Below, one piece after another: positions 1 to 10,614 of a stretch of DNA of 64,000 nucleotides. The first letter of the stretch is position 1; each line of letters begins with the position of its first letter. A program made the position numbers and the translations under genes. The notes below the pieces were generated by a model. The model saw only the letters and a program-made list of their open reading frames with translations, did no database searches and had not been told where the DNA came from. Where the stretch lies: positions 256,001 through 320,000 of the forward strand of contig CBDBHB010000009.1 in assembly GCA_965205505.1 (NCBI GenBank), in the 5' to 3' direction. This DNA is from Acidobacteriota bacterium. Lineage in GTDB: Bacteria; Acidobacteriota; UBA890; WLXD01.

Positions 1-1
1 G

Positions 2-133
2 GTCGGATACGGAGACGTGATCCCGGTAACACCGGTGGGACGGGTGTTCACGGGGGTAATCGTGCTGCTAGGAATTGGCGTTGTCGCCGTTCCTACCGGT
101 CTGATTGCGTCGGGGCTGGCAGCAACGAAATAG
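2..133 (+). CDS. Potassium channel / ion transporter, C-terminal part (runs off the window start)
   Basis: Frame 2 reads VGYGDVIPVTPVGRVFTGVIVLLGIGVVAVPTGLIASGLAATK*: GYGD selectivity filter plus an S6-like helix. Not in the ORF track. Confidence 0.9.
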   Translation, partial: VGYGDVIPVTPVGRVFTGVIVLLGIGVVAVPTGLIASGLAATK

Positions 134-144
134 GAAGAAATACG

Positions 145-306
145 ATGGCAAGTCTACCCAAGCGTGTAGAGGCTCGAATCACCAAGGGCCTGAAGCGTTT
201 TCAGCCCGTGCTCTTGTCGGCTCAATCCCGAGACGTAAACGAGTCCGACACGTCTCTCATCGTAGCCGACATGCTCCAGGACATCTGGGGCTACGACAAA
301 TGGTGA
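145..306 (+). pseudogene. HsdR_N-like restriction endonuclease, N-terminal fragment
   Basis: MASLPKRVEARITKGLKRFQPVLLSAQSRDVNESDTSLIVADMLQDIWGYDKW* has the NESDT...GYDK pattern and stops before the nuclease motif. Confidence 0.65.
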
Positions 307-639
307 TGCCCGGCCAGCCTGAAGGCGCTAAGGAGGGCGTGGAGCGGCTGGCCAGCGGAGCGGGAGGGCTAGTGCGACCTGTCACGATCCTTGAGCCGAT
401 CTATTTGCTCGCAATCCTCGTAAACATCGTACCGCTGTATGTCGTTTATTTCCGCTGAGAAGGGCAGAATACGCCGAAACGTCAGGGTGGTTCAAAAGCG
501 CTCGAAACGGATTTGAAGTTCGCGGAAGGAGCACTCGGATAACCCGGAAGCCACCGCCTGTTGCACAGCTGCCCTGAGGCGGGCATCGAGGGTTAGTATC
601 GAGCTACTCACACTCGTCCTTGAGGACGATCCGTCCGTA

Positions 640-760
640 GCCGTAGGCGGACAACTTGACGTACATGCCGCCGAGCATGACCTGCGCCGCGATCTGGCCC
701 CGCTCGGCGGCCAACTGATACCAGCGCATGGCTTCGGCAGCGTGCTGGGCGGACGCCCCG
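640..760 (-). pseudogene. Sel1-like repeat fragment
   Basis: AAEAMRWYQLAAERGQIAAQVMLGGMY fits the Sel1 consensus. Confidence 0.7.
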
Positions 761-970
761 CCCAGCTTCGTTCCTGCCGCCGGGAACGGCTCGCCATTGC
801 GATGATCGATGCAGCGGGCTGACACGGTTGGCGGGTGGTCTAGACGACAGAATTCGCGACCGTTTTGTTAACTATTTGTTAACTTTCGCCGTCGAAACGG
901 CGGAAATGGACCGAGACGAAATGCCCCGTCCCCATCGGTATCTTCTTATTTTGAAAGAGGTTAAACCGAA

Positions 971-1026
971 GTACCCAAGGAGGGACTTGAACCCTCACGG
1001 GCTTGCACCCACTAGGTCCTGAACCT
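971..1026 (-). tRNA. Partial tRNA-Leu(CAG), 3' half only (att-site relic)
   Basis: Reverse complement AGGTTCAGGACCTAGTGGGTGCAAGCCCGTGAGGGTTCAAGTCCCTCCTTGGGTAC contains a CAG anticodon loop, long variable arm, T-arm and 3' acceptor strand. No D-arm or 5' strand. Confidence 0.85.
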
Positions 1027-1082
1027 GAGTTCATGCTCTGCGGCGGCTTGACAAACCTGGAAAGCAGCACGATAGGCTGCTA

Positions 1083-2273
1083 GTGAACTCCACCCGAAGC
1101 TGCCGATCTCCCCGGAGTCCACCCGTGCCGAAGAGCCTACCAACAGTCACGCCACGGATCGTGTTGCCAGCCCTCGGGGTGTTGATCGGTGTCCTCGGAC
1201 CCGCCTTCCTGCTCTCCGATCCAGGGACGATCGCCGGCCTCCGTGAAACGTTTCTGACCCGGCAGCCGGAACCCATCGTGGCAACGTTGCGGTCGAGTGC
1301 AAGCGCCGGCTGTGGCAAGGCACCGCCGACGCAACCCGGCGCCACAGAGACGCTGACGTTGACCTACGATGGCCTCGAACGCACGTACAACGTGCATCTG
1401 CCGCCGAGCTACAAGCCTAGCAAGCGCCACAGCCTCGTGCTGGCCTTTCACGGCTACAGCAGCAGCGCCAGGGTTGCAGAGCACGGAACCGGTATGAGCC
1501 TGCATGCCGATGCCAAGGGGTACATCGCCGTGTACCCGGAATCGACGCGCTTCCGTGTCGGTGGATCTCGGCGGATTTCGTCGTGGAACGACGGCGCATG
1601 CGCCAGTTCCCCGGGTCCCGAGGGACCGACCTGTACCGCTGACTCGTTCCAATATCCGTTTCCCGATGAATGCGGTCCGGCTCGATGTAACTGGTGCAAT
1701 TGTGTCGACGATGTCGGTTTCGTCGCTGCCATGCTCGACGAAATCGAGAATGCCTACTGCATCAATACGCGTCGGATCTACGCGACCGGCTTGAGCAACG
1801 GCGGCATGTTCGTACAACGGATGGCATGCGACCTAGCGGACCGCTTCGCTGCCGTATCCCCGTCGCACGGACAGCTACACGTCGGGTTCAACTGTGCGCC
1901 GTCCGAGCCCATGTCGATGATGAGCGTGTGGGGCAAGCGCGACCGGATCGTACCCGGCGCTGGTGAGGTCAGCTCCGACGGTTATCTGTACACGCCGGTG
2001 GCCGAGGTGACGGAGATCTTCGCCGGTCCTGAGTCACAGAGATGCGATGTGACCGACACAGCCTACAGAAGCCCGGCCGATGGCGTTCGGGGGTGGGCCT
2101 GTACACAGCGCGCCAACTGCGCCCGCAGGCGTCAGGTGGTGGCGTGTTCCTGGAACGGTGGCCATCGCTGGCCGGTATACGACGACGGTGTGTACTTCGG
2201 GCTCGATACCGTCTGGCGTTTCTTCAAGAAGAACCGCAAACCGCCGGAAAAGCTCCCCGCCGCTCGCCGGTAG
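1083..2273 (+). CDS. Secreted alpha/beta-hydrolase esterase (PHB depolymerase/LpqP-like)
   Basis: LVLAFHG, DDVGFV, GLSNGG nucleophile elbow, GGHRWP, N-terminal hydrophobic segment. True start may be further downstream. Confidence 0.85.
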   Translation: MNSTRSCRSPRSPPVPKSLPTVTPRIVLPALGVLIGVLGPAFLLSDPGTIAGLRETFLTRQPEPIVATLRSSASAGCGKAPPTQPGATETLTLTYDGLERTYNVHLPPSYKPSKRHSLVLAFHGYSSSARVAEHGTGMSLHADAKGYIAVYPESTRFRVGGSRRISSWNDGACASSPGPEGPTCTADSFQYPFPDECGPARCNWCNCVDDVGFVAAMLDEIENAYCINTRRIYATGLSNGGMFVQRMACDLADRFAAVSPSHGQLHVGFNCAPSEPMSMMSVWGKRDRIVPGAGEVSSDGYLYTPVAEVTEIFAGPESQRCDVTDTAYRSPADGVRGWACTQRANCARRRQVVACSWNGGHRWPVYDDGVYFGLDTVWRFFKKNRKPPEKLPAARR

Positions 2274-2668
2274 CATCTCCACTCGAGCATCTGTTGCCAG
2301 TTGTACTGCCCAACGCGGTGCCGCTGTTTCGAAGGTCGAGTGTCCGGGCACTCGCTGCGGGTCGGCTCGGCACAGTCACTCGCCGCCGCTGGTGCTGGCC
2401 TGGTCGAAATGCAGGCTGGCCGGGTGGCTCTCGCCGACCATGCCGGCTCGCTACGCACGCGGCGAGCTTGCCGCTCGAGGTGCAGTGGCTAGGCTGCGCT
2501 ACGGAGCCTAGTAGACGGGCTCTCGACAGGTACTTTGGCCTACGCCGCCGGATGCCGTGCGGTCATCGTCAAGTGACGTCGGAAGCTCGCTGAGCTGAGC
2601 CAGAGGTGGACCCCGAAATTCGGACAGCTTGCTAAGGTGGAATCCAGACCAAGGAGAAGGAGTCTGGA

Positions 2669-2953
2669 ATGCCACGGAAGAGACGAAGTTATCCTGCTGA
2701 GCTGAAGGCGAAGGTCGCTTTGGAGGCGCTTCGGGAGGAAGCGACGATGGCGGAGCTGGCAGCCCGCTACGATGTGCATCCGAACCTGATCGCCAACTGG
2801 AAGAAGAAGGCTCGGCAGAAGGTACTGGCCGGCTTCTCGGGCAAGCAAGAGCGGGATGAGGTCTCTCGGGAGGCGGAGATCAAGGAGCTGCGGGCGAAGA
2901 TCGGAGAGCTCGTCATCGAGCGGGATTTTTTATCCAAGGTCTTCGGTCGTTGA
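2669..2953 (+). CDS. IS3 transposase OrfA (HTH)
   Basis: KAKVALEAL...LAARYDVHPNLIANWKK. Confidence 0.92.
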   Translation: MPRKRRSYPAELKAKVALEALREEATMAELAARYDVHPNLIANWKKKARQKVLAGFSGKQERDEVSREAEIKELRAKIGELVIERDFLSKVFGR

Positions 2954-3837
2954 GCCGCGGCCGGAGAGTAGCGATGGTTGATCGCGACCACGCACGGGTC
3001 AGCATCGCGCGACAGTGCTGCTTGGTGTCGATCGCGCGCTCGTCGTTCTACTACGAGGGCAAGGGCGAGAGCCCGTTGAACCTGCGCCTGATGCGGTTGA
3101 TCGACGAGCAGTTTTTGGAGACGCCGTTCTACGGCTCCCGTCAGATGAAACGCTGGCTACGTCGTCAGGGCTACACGGTCTCTCGCAAGCGGGTGCGCCG
3201 CCTGATGCGGCTGCTGCGGTTGCAAGCTATCTTCCAGCGGCCCAGGACGTCTCAGCCGCACCCGGAGCACAGGATCTATCCCTACCTGCTGGGCGATCTG
3301 CAGATCACGCGACCGAACCACGTTTGGTGTGCGGATGTGACCTACATCCCGCTGCAGCGAGGTTTTCTGTACCTGGTTGCGGTGATGGACTGGGCGAGCC
3401 GCAAGGTGCTGTCCTGGCGCCTGTCCAACACGCTCGATGCGAGCTTCTGCGTCGAGGCCTTGCAAGAGGCTCTCGAGCGCTACGGTGCGCCCGAGATCTT
3501 CAACACTGATCAGGGTAGCCAATTCACCAGCGTCGACTTCACCGACGCGCTCAAGGAGGCCGACATTCGGATCTCCATGGACGGCACGGGCCGCTGGATG
3601 GACAACGTCTTCATCGAGCGGCTATGGCGATCACTGAAATACGAGCAAGTCTATCTGTCAGAGTACGCGACTGGCTCCGAGGCTCGGGCCGGGATCGGCT
3701 GCTGGATGGACTTCTACAACGAGCGCCGACCGCACTCGTCGCTCGACGACCGGACGCCCGAGGAGGCGTACACTGACGACGGGGCTGAAAGGAGCCTGGG
3801 GCTACGCCCCGTCTCCTGTCAGCCCAAGGCAGCCTGA
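2950..3837 (+). CDS. IS3 transposase OrfB (DDE)
   Basis: WCADVTYI, NTDQGSQF, DNVFIERLWRSLKYE. Confidence 0.93.
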   Translation: MSRGRRVAMVDRDHARVSIARQCCLVSIARSSFYYEGKGESPLNLRLMRLIDEQFLETPFYGSRQMKRWLRRQGYTVSRKRVRRLMRLLRLQAIFQRPRTSQPHPEHRIYPYLLGDLQITRPNHVWCADVTYIPLQRGFLYLVAVMDWASRKVLSWRLSNTLDASFCVEALQEALERYGAPEIFNTDQGSQFTSVDFTDALKEADIRISMDGTGRWMDNVFIERLWRSLKYEQVYLSEYATGSEARAGIGCWMDFYNERRPHSSLDDRTPEEAYTDDGAERSLGLRPVSCQPKAA

Positions 3838-4067
3838 ATCATGAACCCGGATTCCACCTTAGCTGTGACCCAAACCTGTCCAAAGGATGGGGTCCACCTC
3901 TGACTGCCGCTTTTGAGCCAGGTTGCCGACCCCAACGACTAAGGCAGCTCACTGTGCAGACAGGAACTCCTGGACCGTACGCGACGCCTGTTCCTGCCTG
4001 CCCTCTCTGCCAACGTGGGGTGAGACGATGGAAGTTGGATAATTACTGACCCACGGGGCGGCTCGGA

Positions 4068-4565
4068 GTGGCACAGATGTTGGAGTTGGAGAATAACGGA
4101 ACAGGTAAGCAGGTCGTTGGATCTGCGGCGGAGGGACGCGTAGGCGACCGGAGACGCAGATCCAACGATCGCGCCTCGAAGATACCGGATCCGGAACTGG
4201 TGGAACGCCCGCGTCGGCGCAAGTTCAGCGCCGAGTACAAGCTTCGCGTTGTGGGCGAAGCGGATCGATGCACCAAGGCCGGCGAGGTCGGCTCGCTGTT
4301 GCGCCGCGAAGGGCTGTACTCGTCGCATCTGTCGGAGTGGCGCAAGCAACGTGACGCCGGGGCGCTGGTGGCGCTCACCAAGAAGCGAGGTCGACCGGCG
4401 ACGGATCCCCGAGACGCGAAGATCGCCAACCTGCGCGGCCGCCTCGAGCGCACCGAGGCGGAACTCGAGAAAGCACGGCGGGTGATCCAAGTGCAGGGAA
4501 ACGTCTCCGCGCTTCTGGGGGATCTGCTCGATCCCAGGGGCGCGAACGGGAGTACCAAGAAATGA
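4068..4565 (+). CDS. IS3 transposase OrfA
   Basis: RRRKFSAEYKLRVV...LLRREGLYSSHLSEWRKQ. Confidence 0.88.
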   Translation: MAQMLELENNGTGKQVVGSAAEGRVGDRRRRSNDRASKIPDPELVERPRRRKFSAEYKLRVVGEADRCTKAGEVGSLLRREGLYSSHLSEWRKQRDAGALVALTKKRGRPATDPRDAKIANLRGRLERTEAELEKARRVIQVQGNVSALLGDLLDPRGANGSTKK

Positions 4566-5566
4566 TCGAGCAGACCGTCCAGGAGCTCACGCCCATCATC
4601 GGGACGCGCCCAGCATGCCGGTCTCTGGGAGTGTCGCCAGCAACGATGTATCGACGACGTCGGCCACCCGTGCCAACAGTGAGCCGTCCTGGAGCGAAGC
4701 CTGCCAGGGCACTCTCGGACACGGAGCGCGAGCAGGTGCTGGCCGAGCTGCACAGCGAGCGGTTCCAGGACTGCGCGCCAGCCCAGGTATGGGCGACGCT
4801 GTTGGACGAGGGCCGCTACCTGGCCTCGGAGCGCACGATCTACAGAATCCTCGCCGCCGAGGGCGAGGGACGGGAGCGACGCAACCAGCTCGTTCATCCA
4901 CCTTACTACAAGCCCGAGTTGCTGGCTGAACAACCCAACGACTTGTGGAGCTGGGACATCTCGAAACTGCTGGGGCCCAGCAAGTGGACCTACTTGTACC
5001 TGTACGTAGTGCTGGACGTGTTCAGCCGCTACGTAGTCGGGTGGAGCGTGCAACACCGCGAGAGCGGTCCTCTCGCCAAGCAGCTCATCGGCCAGGCCAT
5101 CGAGTAACAGCGGATCACGCCTGGCCAACTCACCCTGCATGCTGACCGCGGCAGCTCGATGAGGTCCAAGCCCGTTGCCTTCCTGCTCGCTGATCTGGGC
5201 GTCACCAAGACGCACTCAAGGCCGTATACGTCATCGGATAATCCGTACTCGGAGGCTCACTTCAGGACGCTCAAGTACCGGCCGGAGTTCCCGGCGCGGT
5301 TCGACTCCATCCAGCAGGCTCGCAGCTTCTGCCGCGCCTTCTTCCATTGGTATAACCACTGCCACCGTCACTCCGGCATCGGCCTGGTGACTCCAGCGAC
5401 CATGCACCACGGCCTCGCCCAGGCGGTCCAGCACAAGCGCGCCGAAGTTCTTCTGGCGGCCTTCCGCGCGCGGCCCGAGCGCTTCGTCAGCAGCGTGCCT
5501 CAACCACCGCCGGTGCCCACCGTGGCCTGGATCAACAAACCCGCCAGCATGGAGAATGCTCACTAA
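4562..5566 (+). pseudogene. IS3 transposase OrfB with in-frame TAA at 5105-5107
   Basis: WSWDISKL...LHADRGSSM...DNPYSEAHFRTLKY lie in one frame across the stop. Confidence 0.88.
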
Positions 5567-6120
5567 TTTACGAAACCCACCGTCTCATCCGCGTTGACAG
5601 GCACCGCTGTCGGGCGGGTAGCCGTGCCTGCGCAGGATCCGCTTAACCAGTATGCGGAGGTTGCGCGCGTACGTTCTCCCGCAGCGTCCAGTCGATCGTG
5701 ACGTCGCCGCGCACGGTCTGCACCAGCTTGCGGACAATACTGCGCAGAATCTCGTCAGTCACCTCGCTGTGTTGAGCCAACTATGACCTCGAACCTTCTC
5801 GCAATCCTGCGATCGGAACGACCCCGATGCTCGCGGCGGCTCTTGCGGTCGAGTGAGGGGCAACAGCGCAACGGATTTTCGCAGATTGCGCTTCCATTAA
5901 CCGAGCCCTCAGGCGAAGGACTGGGGCCCCACCCTTTGCTTTCGGCTCTCCTGTCGGTTTCTCTAGCTGCTGCTGTCTCGCTGCTGTGTCTTCTGCTTAG
6001 GCCTTTTCATTAGTCTTCCGTTTCCTACCGCGGTCTCGGCGGCAGTAGCGCTAGGCCGCGCTGGCGCGACCCTTCTATCCTAATTCGGCCGAAGCCCCCA
6101 ATGCCTCTGGAAAGCTCCCT

Positions 6121-7593
6121 GTGGCTACCTGTAACGCGATCCGAAACACGGTAGGGGGGAATTTCTGTCGAATACAGATCGGTCCTTTAGGATCGATCCT
6201 GCAGACAGCAAGAGTTCGCACATTCCGTACAATGTTCGCCACGATTGCGCCGAGCGAGAGCGAACGGTACCTTTCCCCCGGGGCCGGGGAACAGCCGGAG
6301 GGACGCGAAGAGCCCGCGCGCGTGGGAACAATGCCCGGCCATCCTACCGGTCACTCTATAAGGACGCCCCCAGAGCGGTACAGCTTTCCAAGAAACTCTG
6401 CGCACCGGGCGACTAATGAGGTGCCGCGGCAGAATTCGGGTAGTCTATCATCGCAGCTGTCGACCAACCCCACGCACACGGGACCGAGCTTGGCACCCAC
6501 ATACCCGCAAAGACCCTTCTCCCGGAAACCGTGGCCGCTGCTGGCGTGCCTGCCCCTGCTTTTGTGGGGATCGGGGCCGCGTCCAGATAGTGCCGCCGTC
6601 GAGGGTAGCGACGGCATCGAAGTGCTCTATGTCGCCAACCGGATGGAGGGGACGATCTCCGTCATCCAGGTGCCGAGCTTCGAGGTGATCGGCAAGTTCG
6701 ACGCGCTGCCCGACATTCCGGCCGACCAGCGACCAGAGGGCGGGCTGGTTTACGACCTGGTGGCGTCGAGCATGGGCGAGGTGTTGTACGTGGCTCGCGA
6801 CGAGGTCCGCGACGTCGCGGCGTTCAGCACGGCGACCGAGGAGCTGCTGTGGCGTCTGCCGGTGGGTGGCATTGCCGATCACATGGCTTTGTCGCACGAA
6901 GGGCGCTACCTGTTCGTCTCGGTGATCAGCGAGAGCCACGCAGTCGTGATCGACACCGTCGAGCGCGCAGTCGTCGGCAAGATCCATACCGGCATCGGCC
7001 CGCACGGCATGCACATGTCACCTGACGGCAATCGTGTGTATAACGGTTGCATACTGTGTGATCAGATCACGATCGCCGATGCCAGTACGTTCGAGGTCAT
7101 CCGGACGATTCAGTTCGATGAAGGCGTGCTCCCGTTCGCCGTCACGGCTGATGAAGAAACGATGTTCATTCAACTCACCAAGCTACACGGGTTCGTCGTA
7201 CTCGACTTGGAAACCGATCACGTCGCCAAGACCATCCATCTACCGGTGCCCGACGGTGTAGAGCACATGAAGACCTGGCCTCACACCGCTCACCATGGTC
7301 TAGCGCTGACGCCCGATGAGACGCGGCTTTGCCTAGCTAGTACGGTGGGACACTACGTTGGGATCGTCTCGGTGCAAGGGCTGGATCTTCTGGCCACGAT
7401 TCCTATCGGTCGCGAGCCCTACTGGGTGACCGCGAGCCTCGACAGCGGGTACTGCTACGCCAGCGCGCGTTACGACGACAACGTCTCGATCATCTCGCTC
7501 GCTGAAGAACGAGAGGTCGCCCGTCTCGAGCTCGGTGACTACCCGTTCGGCATGTTGACGGTACGTATTCCCGAAAGGCAGGTCGGTCGCTAG
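6121..7593 (+). CDS. YVTN/YncE-type beta-propeller protein (true start uncertain, probably near 6500)
   Basis: LYVANRMEGTISVI and repeated G.GPHG...SPDG blades. The first ~130 aa look non-coding. Confidence 0.8.
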   Translation: MATCNAIRNTVGGNFCRIQIGPLGSILQTARVRTFRTMFATIAPSESERYLSPGAGEQPEGREEPARVGTMPGHPTGHSIRTPPERYSFPRNSAHRATNEVPRQNSGSLSSQLSTNPTHTGPSLAPTYPQRPFSRKPWPLLACLPLLLWGSGPRPDSAAVEGSDGIEVLYVANRMEGTISVIQVPSFEVIGKFDALPDIPADQRPEGGLVYDLVASSMGEVLYVARDEVRDVAAFSTATEELLWRLPVGGIADHMALSHEGRYLFVSVISESHAVVIDTVERAVVGKIHTGIGPHGMHMSPDGNRVYNGCILCDQITIADASTFEVIRTIQFDEGVLPFAVTADEETMFIQLTKLHGFVVLDLETDHVAKTIHLPVPDGVEHMKTWPHTAHHGLALTPDETRLCLASTVGHYVGIVSVQGLDLLATIPIGREPYWVTASLDSGYCYASARYDDNVSIISLAEEREVARLELGDYPFGMLTVRIPERQVGR

Positions 7594-8774
7594 TCTCCTG
7601 AGTTATAAATTCGTTTAATAATAAAGGCATGGTTCATCTTCCTGTTACCGACACTGCAGGAGACCTTATGCCCAGAGGCCGCCCTATCGCGCCGGTCGAT
7701 CTCAACGACCAGGATCGCGACATTCTCCAGCGCTGGGTTCGCAGACCCAAGAGCGCGCAAGCGCTCGCTTTGAGGGCCCGGATCATCCTCACCGTGGCCG
7801 AGGGCTCCTCCAACACCACGGCTGCCGAGCAACTCGGCATCACCATCCAGACGGTCGGCAAGTGGCGCAAGCGGTTTCAAGACCAAGGTGTGGACGGGTT
7901 GCTGGACGCGCCGCGTCCTGGGGTCCAGCGCACCATCACCGACCAGGACGTCGAACGAGTCCTGACCCTGACCCTGGAGAGCCAGCCGCAGGCCGCCACC
8001 CACTGGTCCACTCGTTCCATGGCCCAGCGGTGCGGTCTGAGCGAGAGTGCCGTCAGCCGGATCTGGAGAGCTTTTGCACTGCAGCCACATCGGTCCGAGA
8101 CCTTCAAGCTGTCTAACGACCCGTTGTTCATCGACAAGGTCCGTGACATCGTCGGACTGTACCTGAGTCCTCCCGAAAGGGCCGTGGTCCTGTGTGTCGA
8201 CGAGAAGTCTCAGATCCAGGCGCTGGACCGCAGCCAGCCGCTGGACCGCAGCCAGCCGCTGTTGCCCATGCGTCCCGGCCAGATCGAGCGCCGCACCCAT
8301 GACTACGTCCGGCACGGCACCACGTCCCTATTCGCCGCCCTGGATGCAAAGACAGGAGAGATCCTTGCCCAGTGCCATCGTCGGCATCGTGCCGTGGAGT
8401 TCAGGAAGTTCCTCCGGTGCATCGACCAGGCCGTGCCCGAGGATCTGGACGTGCACTTGATCTTGGACAATTACGCCACCCACAAGAGCCCGATGATCCA
8501 TCAATGGTTGGTGAAGCGCCCACGTTTCCATCTGCACTTCACTCCCACCTATTCCTCCTGGCGCAACATGATCGAACGCTGGTTCGCCGCTCTGACCGAG
8601 AAGCAACTCCGGCGCCGTGTGCATCGCTCTACCCGCGATCTTGAACTTGCCATCGAACGCTTTGTCGACTCCACCAATGCTCAGTCCCAGCCGTTCATCT
8701 GGACCAAGACTGCCGACCAGATCCTAGATTCCATCGCCCGATTTTGTATGCGAACTTCTGACTCAGGACACTAG
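7590..8774 (+). mobile_element. IS630-family element flanked by CTAG
   Basis: CTAG at 7590 and 8771; IRs TCTCCTGAGTTATAAATTCG / CGAACTTCTGACTCAGGACA. Confidence 0.92.
7668..8774 (+). CDS. IS630 transposase with a 6-aa in-frame duplication
   Basis: [25 protein letters not shown]; LDRSQP occurs twice. Confidence 0.9.
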   Translation: MPRGRPIAPVDLNDQDRDILQRWVRRPKSAQALALRARIILTVAEGSSNTTAAEQLGITIQTVGKWRKRFQDQGVDGLLDAPRPGVQRTITDQDVERVLTLTLESQPQAATHWSTRSMAQRCGLSESAVSRIWRAFALQPHRSETFKLSNDPLFIDKVRDIVGLYLSPPERAVVLCVDEKSQIQALDRSQPLDRSQPLLPMRPGQIERRTHDYVRHGTTSLFAALDAKTGEILAQCHRRHRAVEFRKFLRCIDQAVPEDLDVHLILDNYATHKSPMIHQWLVKRPRFHLHFTPTYSSWRNMIERWFAALTEKQLRRRVHRSTRDLELAIERFVDSTNAQSQPFIWTKTADQILDSIARFCMRTSDSGH

Positions 8775-9019
8775 CAGACCCCGTCACTTTCCACGACGGC
8801 CTGCTAGGACAGATAACGTTTTCCGAGGCATCCTATTCGAAGCCCAGATCAGGGTTGAGGCGTCCGCCGCCGCTCATCTGCTGGCCGGCGAGGTACCCGT
8901 CGCCGCACTGAAGTCCGAGTAGGAAACGACCCCCGGTCGGCTACCGCTTCGTCAAGCTCCTCAGCCACTGACCGACTATGTGTGTGGGCCGCGCCGTCAC
9001 CCCGCCCCCCGGTCGACCG

Positions 9020-9272
9020 CCCTCGCGCTCGGCGCCATGGCACGGGTCGTCTGGTGCGAGGGCGGGGAGCCGTACCTGTTCTCAGCCAACATCTGGAGCA
9101 TGCGCAACTCGCAGCACCTGGCCGATCCGTACACAGTGCCGCACATGCTCCACGGGGTGGCGTTCCACACGCTGCTGTGGATGATCGTCGGCAACAAGCT
9201 GTCGAGCGCCTGGCGCTTCGTCATGGCGTTGGGAATCGAGACCGTCTGGGAGGTTTTCGAGAACACGCCGCG
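9020..9272 (+). pseudogene. DUF2585-family membrane protein fragment
   Basis: NSQHLADPYTVPHMLHGVAF...ETVWEVFENTP. Confidence 0.75.
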
Positions 9273-10614
9273 AGCAACTGCATCCTGGCCTGACCCGACA
9301 ACGACACGGACACGCCGGAGGCGCGCTTCCGTATGGAGAACGAGCCCTGGATCTTCGGCATGCTGCGGCACCAGCTCAACGACGCCTTCTGGCAGCGCAT
9401 GTCGCTGCGCCCCAACTACGAGCATCCCGCGCATGCTCGAGCACATGTCGGTGCCACAGCGCGCCATCATCGGTCGGCCCAGGCCGCGGTTCAACATCCG
9501 CCCGGAGGTGCTGCGCGGGTGGGACCACCGGCTCACGGGCAACGACACCGGAATGGAGGAGCCGGTGCTGGCGATGTACGTAAACGAGTTGTACAAGCCG
9601 AGCCTGGAGATCGAGAGCATCCCGGGACATTGGCGCGCCACCGAGTGGCCGCCCAAGGGCATCGAGGAGGTCGCTCTGTATCCGCAGCCCCAGGGCGTGC
9701 TGTCCCGGCGTCGGACCTCAGACCATGTGTCTGAGCTCGATTACAAGGCGACCGTGGGTTTGACCAACCGCTACCGGTGCCCGCATAACTCGGCCGAGTT
9801 GCCGATCGATCAGCTAGCGGACGACGCCTGCTCGATAGCGTACCACACCGAGCCGCTGAATGAGAGTGTGGAGAGGTGCCCGAGGGCGGTGCTGCACGTG
9901 TCGGCGAGCGCGCCGTTGGCCAACTGGATCGTGCGGTTATGCGACGTGGCGCCCGACGGCACCTCGACGCTGGTGTCCAAAGGCATTCTCAACGGTGCGC
10001 ATCGCGACTCCAACATCGAGCCGTCGCCGCTGGTGCCGGACGAGGTGTACGAGCTGGAGTTCAACCTCAAGTCGATGTCGTGGGTGTTTCCACCGGGGCA
10101 CCGGATCCGGGTGGCCGTATGCAACGCCGACTTCCCGAACCTTTGGCCGACGCCCTAGGATGAGCACCAAGCTGTTCGTCGATGCGGCGTGGCCGTTCGA
10201 GAGTGGTGTTGCCGGTGGTGCCGGCGGGCACACCCGAGCTGCCGTACGAGCCGCCCGAGGTGGCGCCGCGGCCGTCTGGCGGAAGCTCAGAAGGCGGACC
10301 GAAGGATCGCTGGGAGATCACGCGCGACGAGATGGCGCAGACGGTGACGGTGTTCCGCGAGACGGATTAGTCCGGCATGGTGGAGCGGCGCTGGTGCACG
10401 GTCAACGATCGGGAACCGGCTCGCGCGACGATCCGGTGTGAGGGGAGCGCCACGGCGAACGCTGAGCGCCGCGAGATCGTGTGCAGATCCCTGGATGACC
10501 ATCGAGAGCGACGAGAAGACGGTCGAGATCAACGCGCGGCTGGAGCTGCGCGTCAGCGGCGAACTGCAATACGAAAAAGACTGCGCCGAGGTCATTCCGC
10601 GAGATCTCGCCTAG
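9273..10614 (+). pseudogene. CocE/NonD (S15) hydrolase C-terminal part, several frameshifts
   Basis: VRLCDVAPDGTSTLVSKG...FPPGHRIRVAVCNADFPNLWPTP. Confidence 0.8.

Larger units (their letters stand above)
2602..3901 (+). mobile_element. IS3-family element, apparently complete
   Basis: Terminal IRs AGAGGTGGACCCC / GGGGTCCACCTCT and inner IR CTAAGGTGGAATCC / GGATTCCACCTTAG flank orfA and orfB. Confidence 0.92.
3999..5607 (+). mobile_element. IS3-family element with nonsense-inactivated OrfB
   Basis: Imperfect IRs (TGCCCTCTCTGCCAACGTGGGGTGAGACG / CGTCTCATCCGCGTTGACAGGCACCGC) flank orfA and orfB. Confidence 0.88.
3949..5756 (-). pseudogene. Type I restriction HsdR C-terminal (DUF3387) fragment interrupted by an IS3 element
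   Basis: 5608-5756 gives [27 protein letters not shown] and 3949-3998 gives RQEQASRTVQE. The two pieces join in frame if 3999-5607 is removed. Confidence 0.75.

Noticed and set aside
8980-10158. Genuine DUF2585-CocE fusion protein
   Set aside because: Both parts are partial, and the CocE sequence switches frame inside the ORF. It is an accidental open frame.
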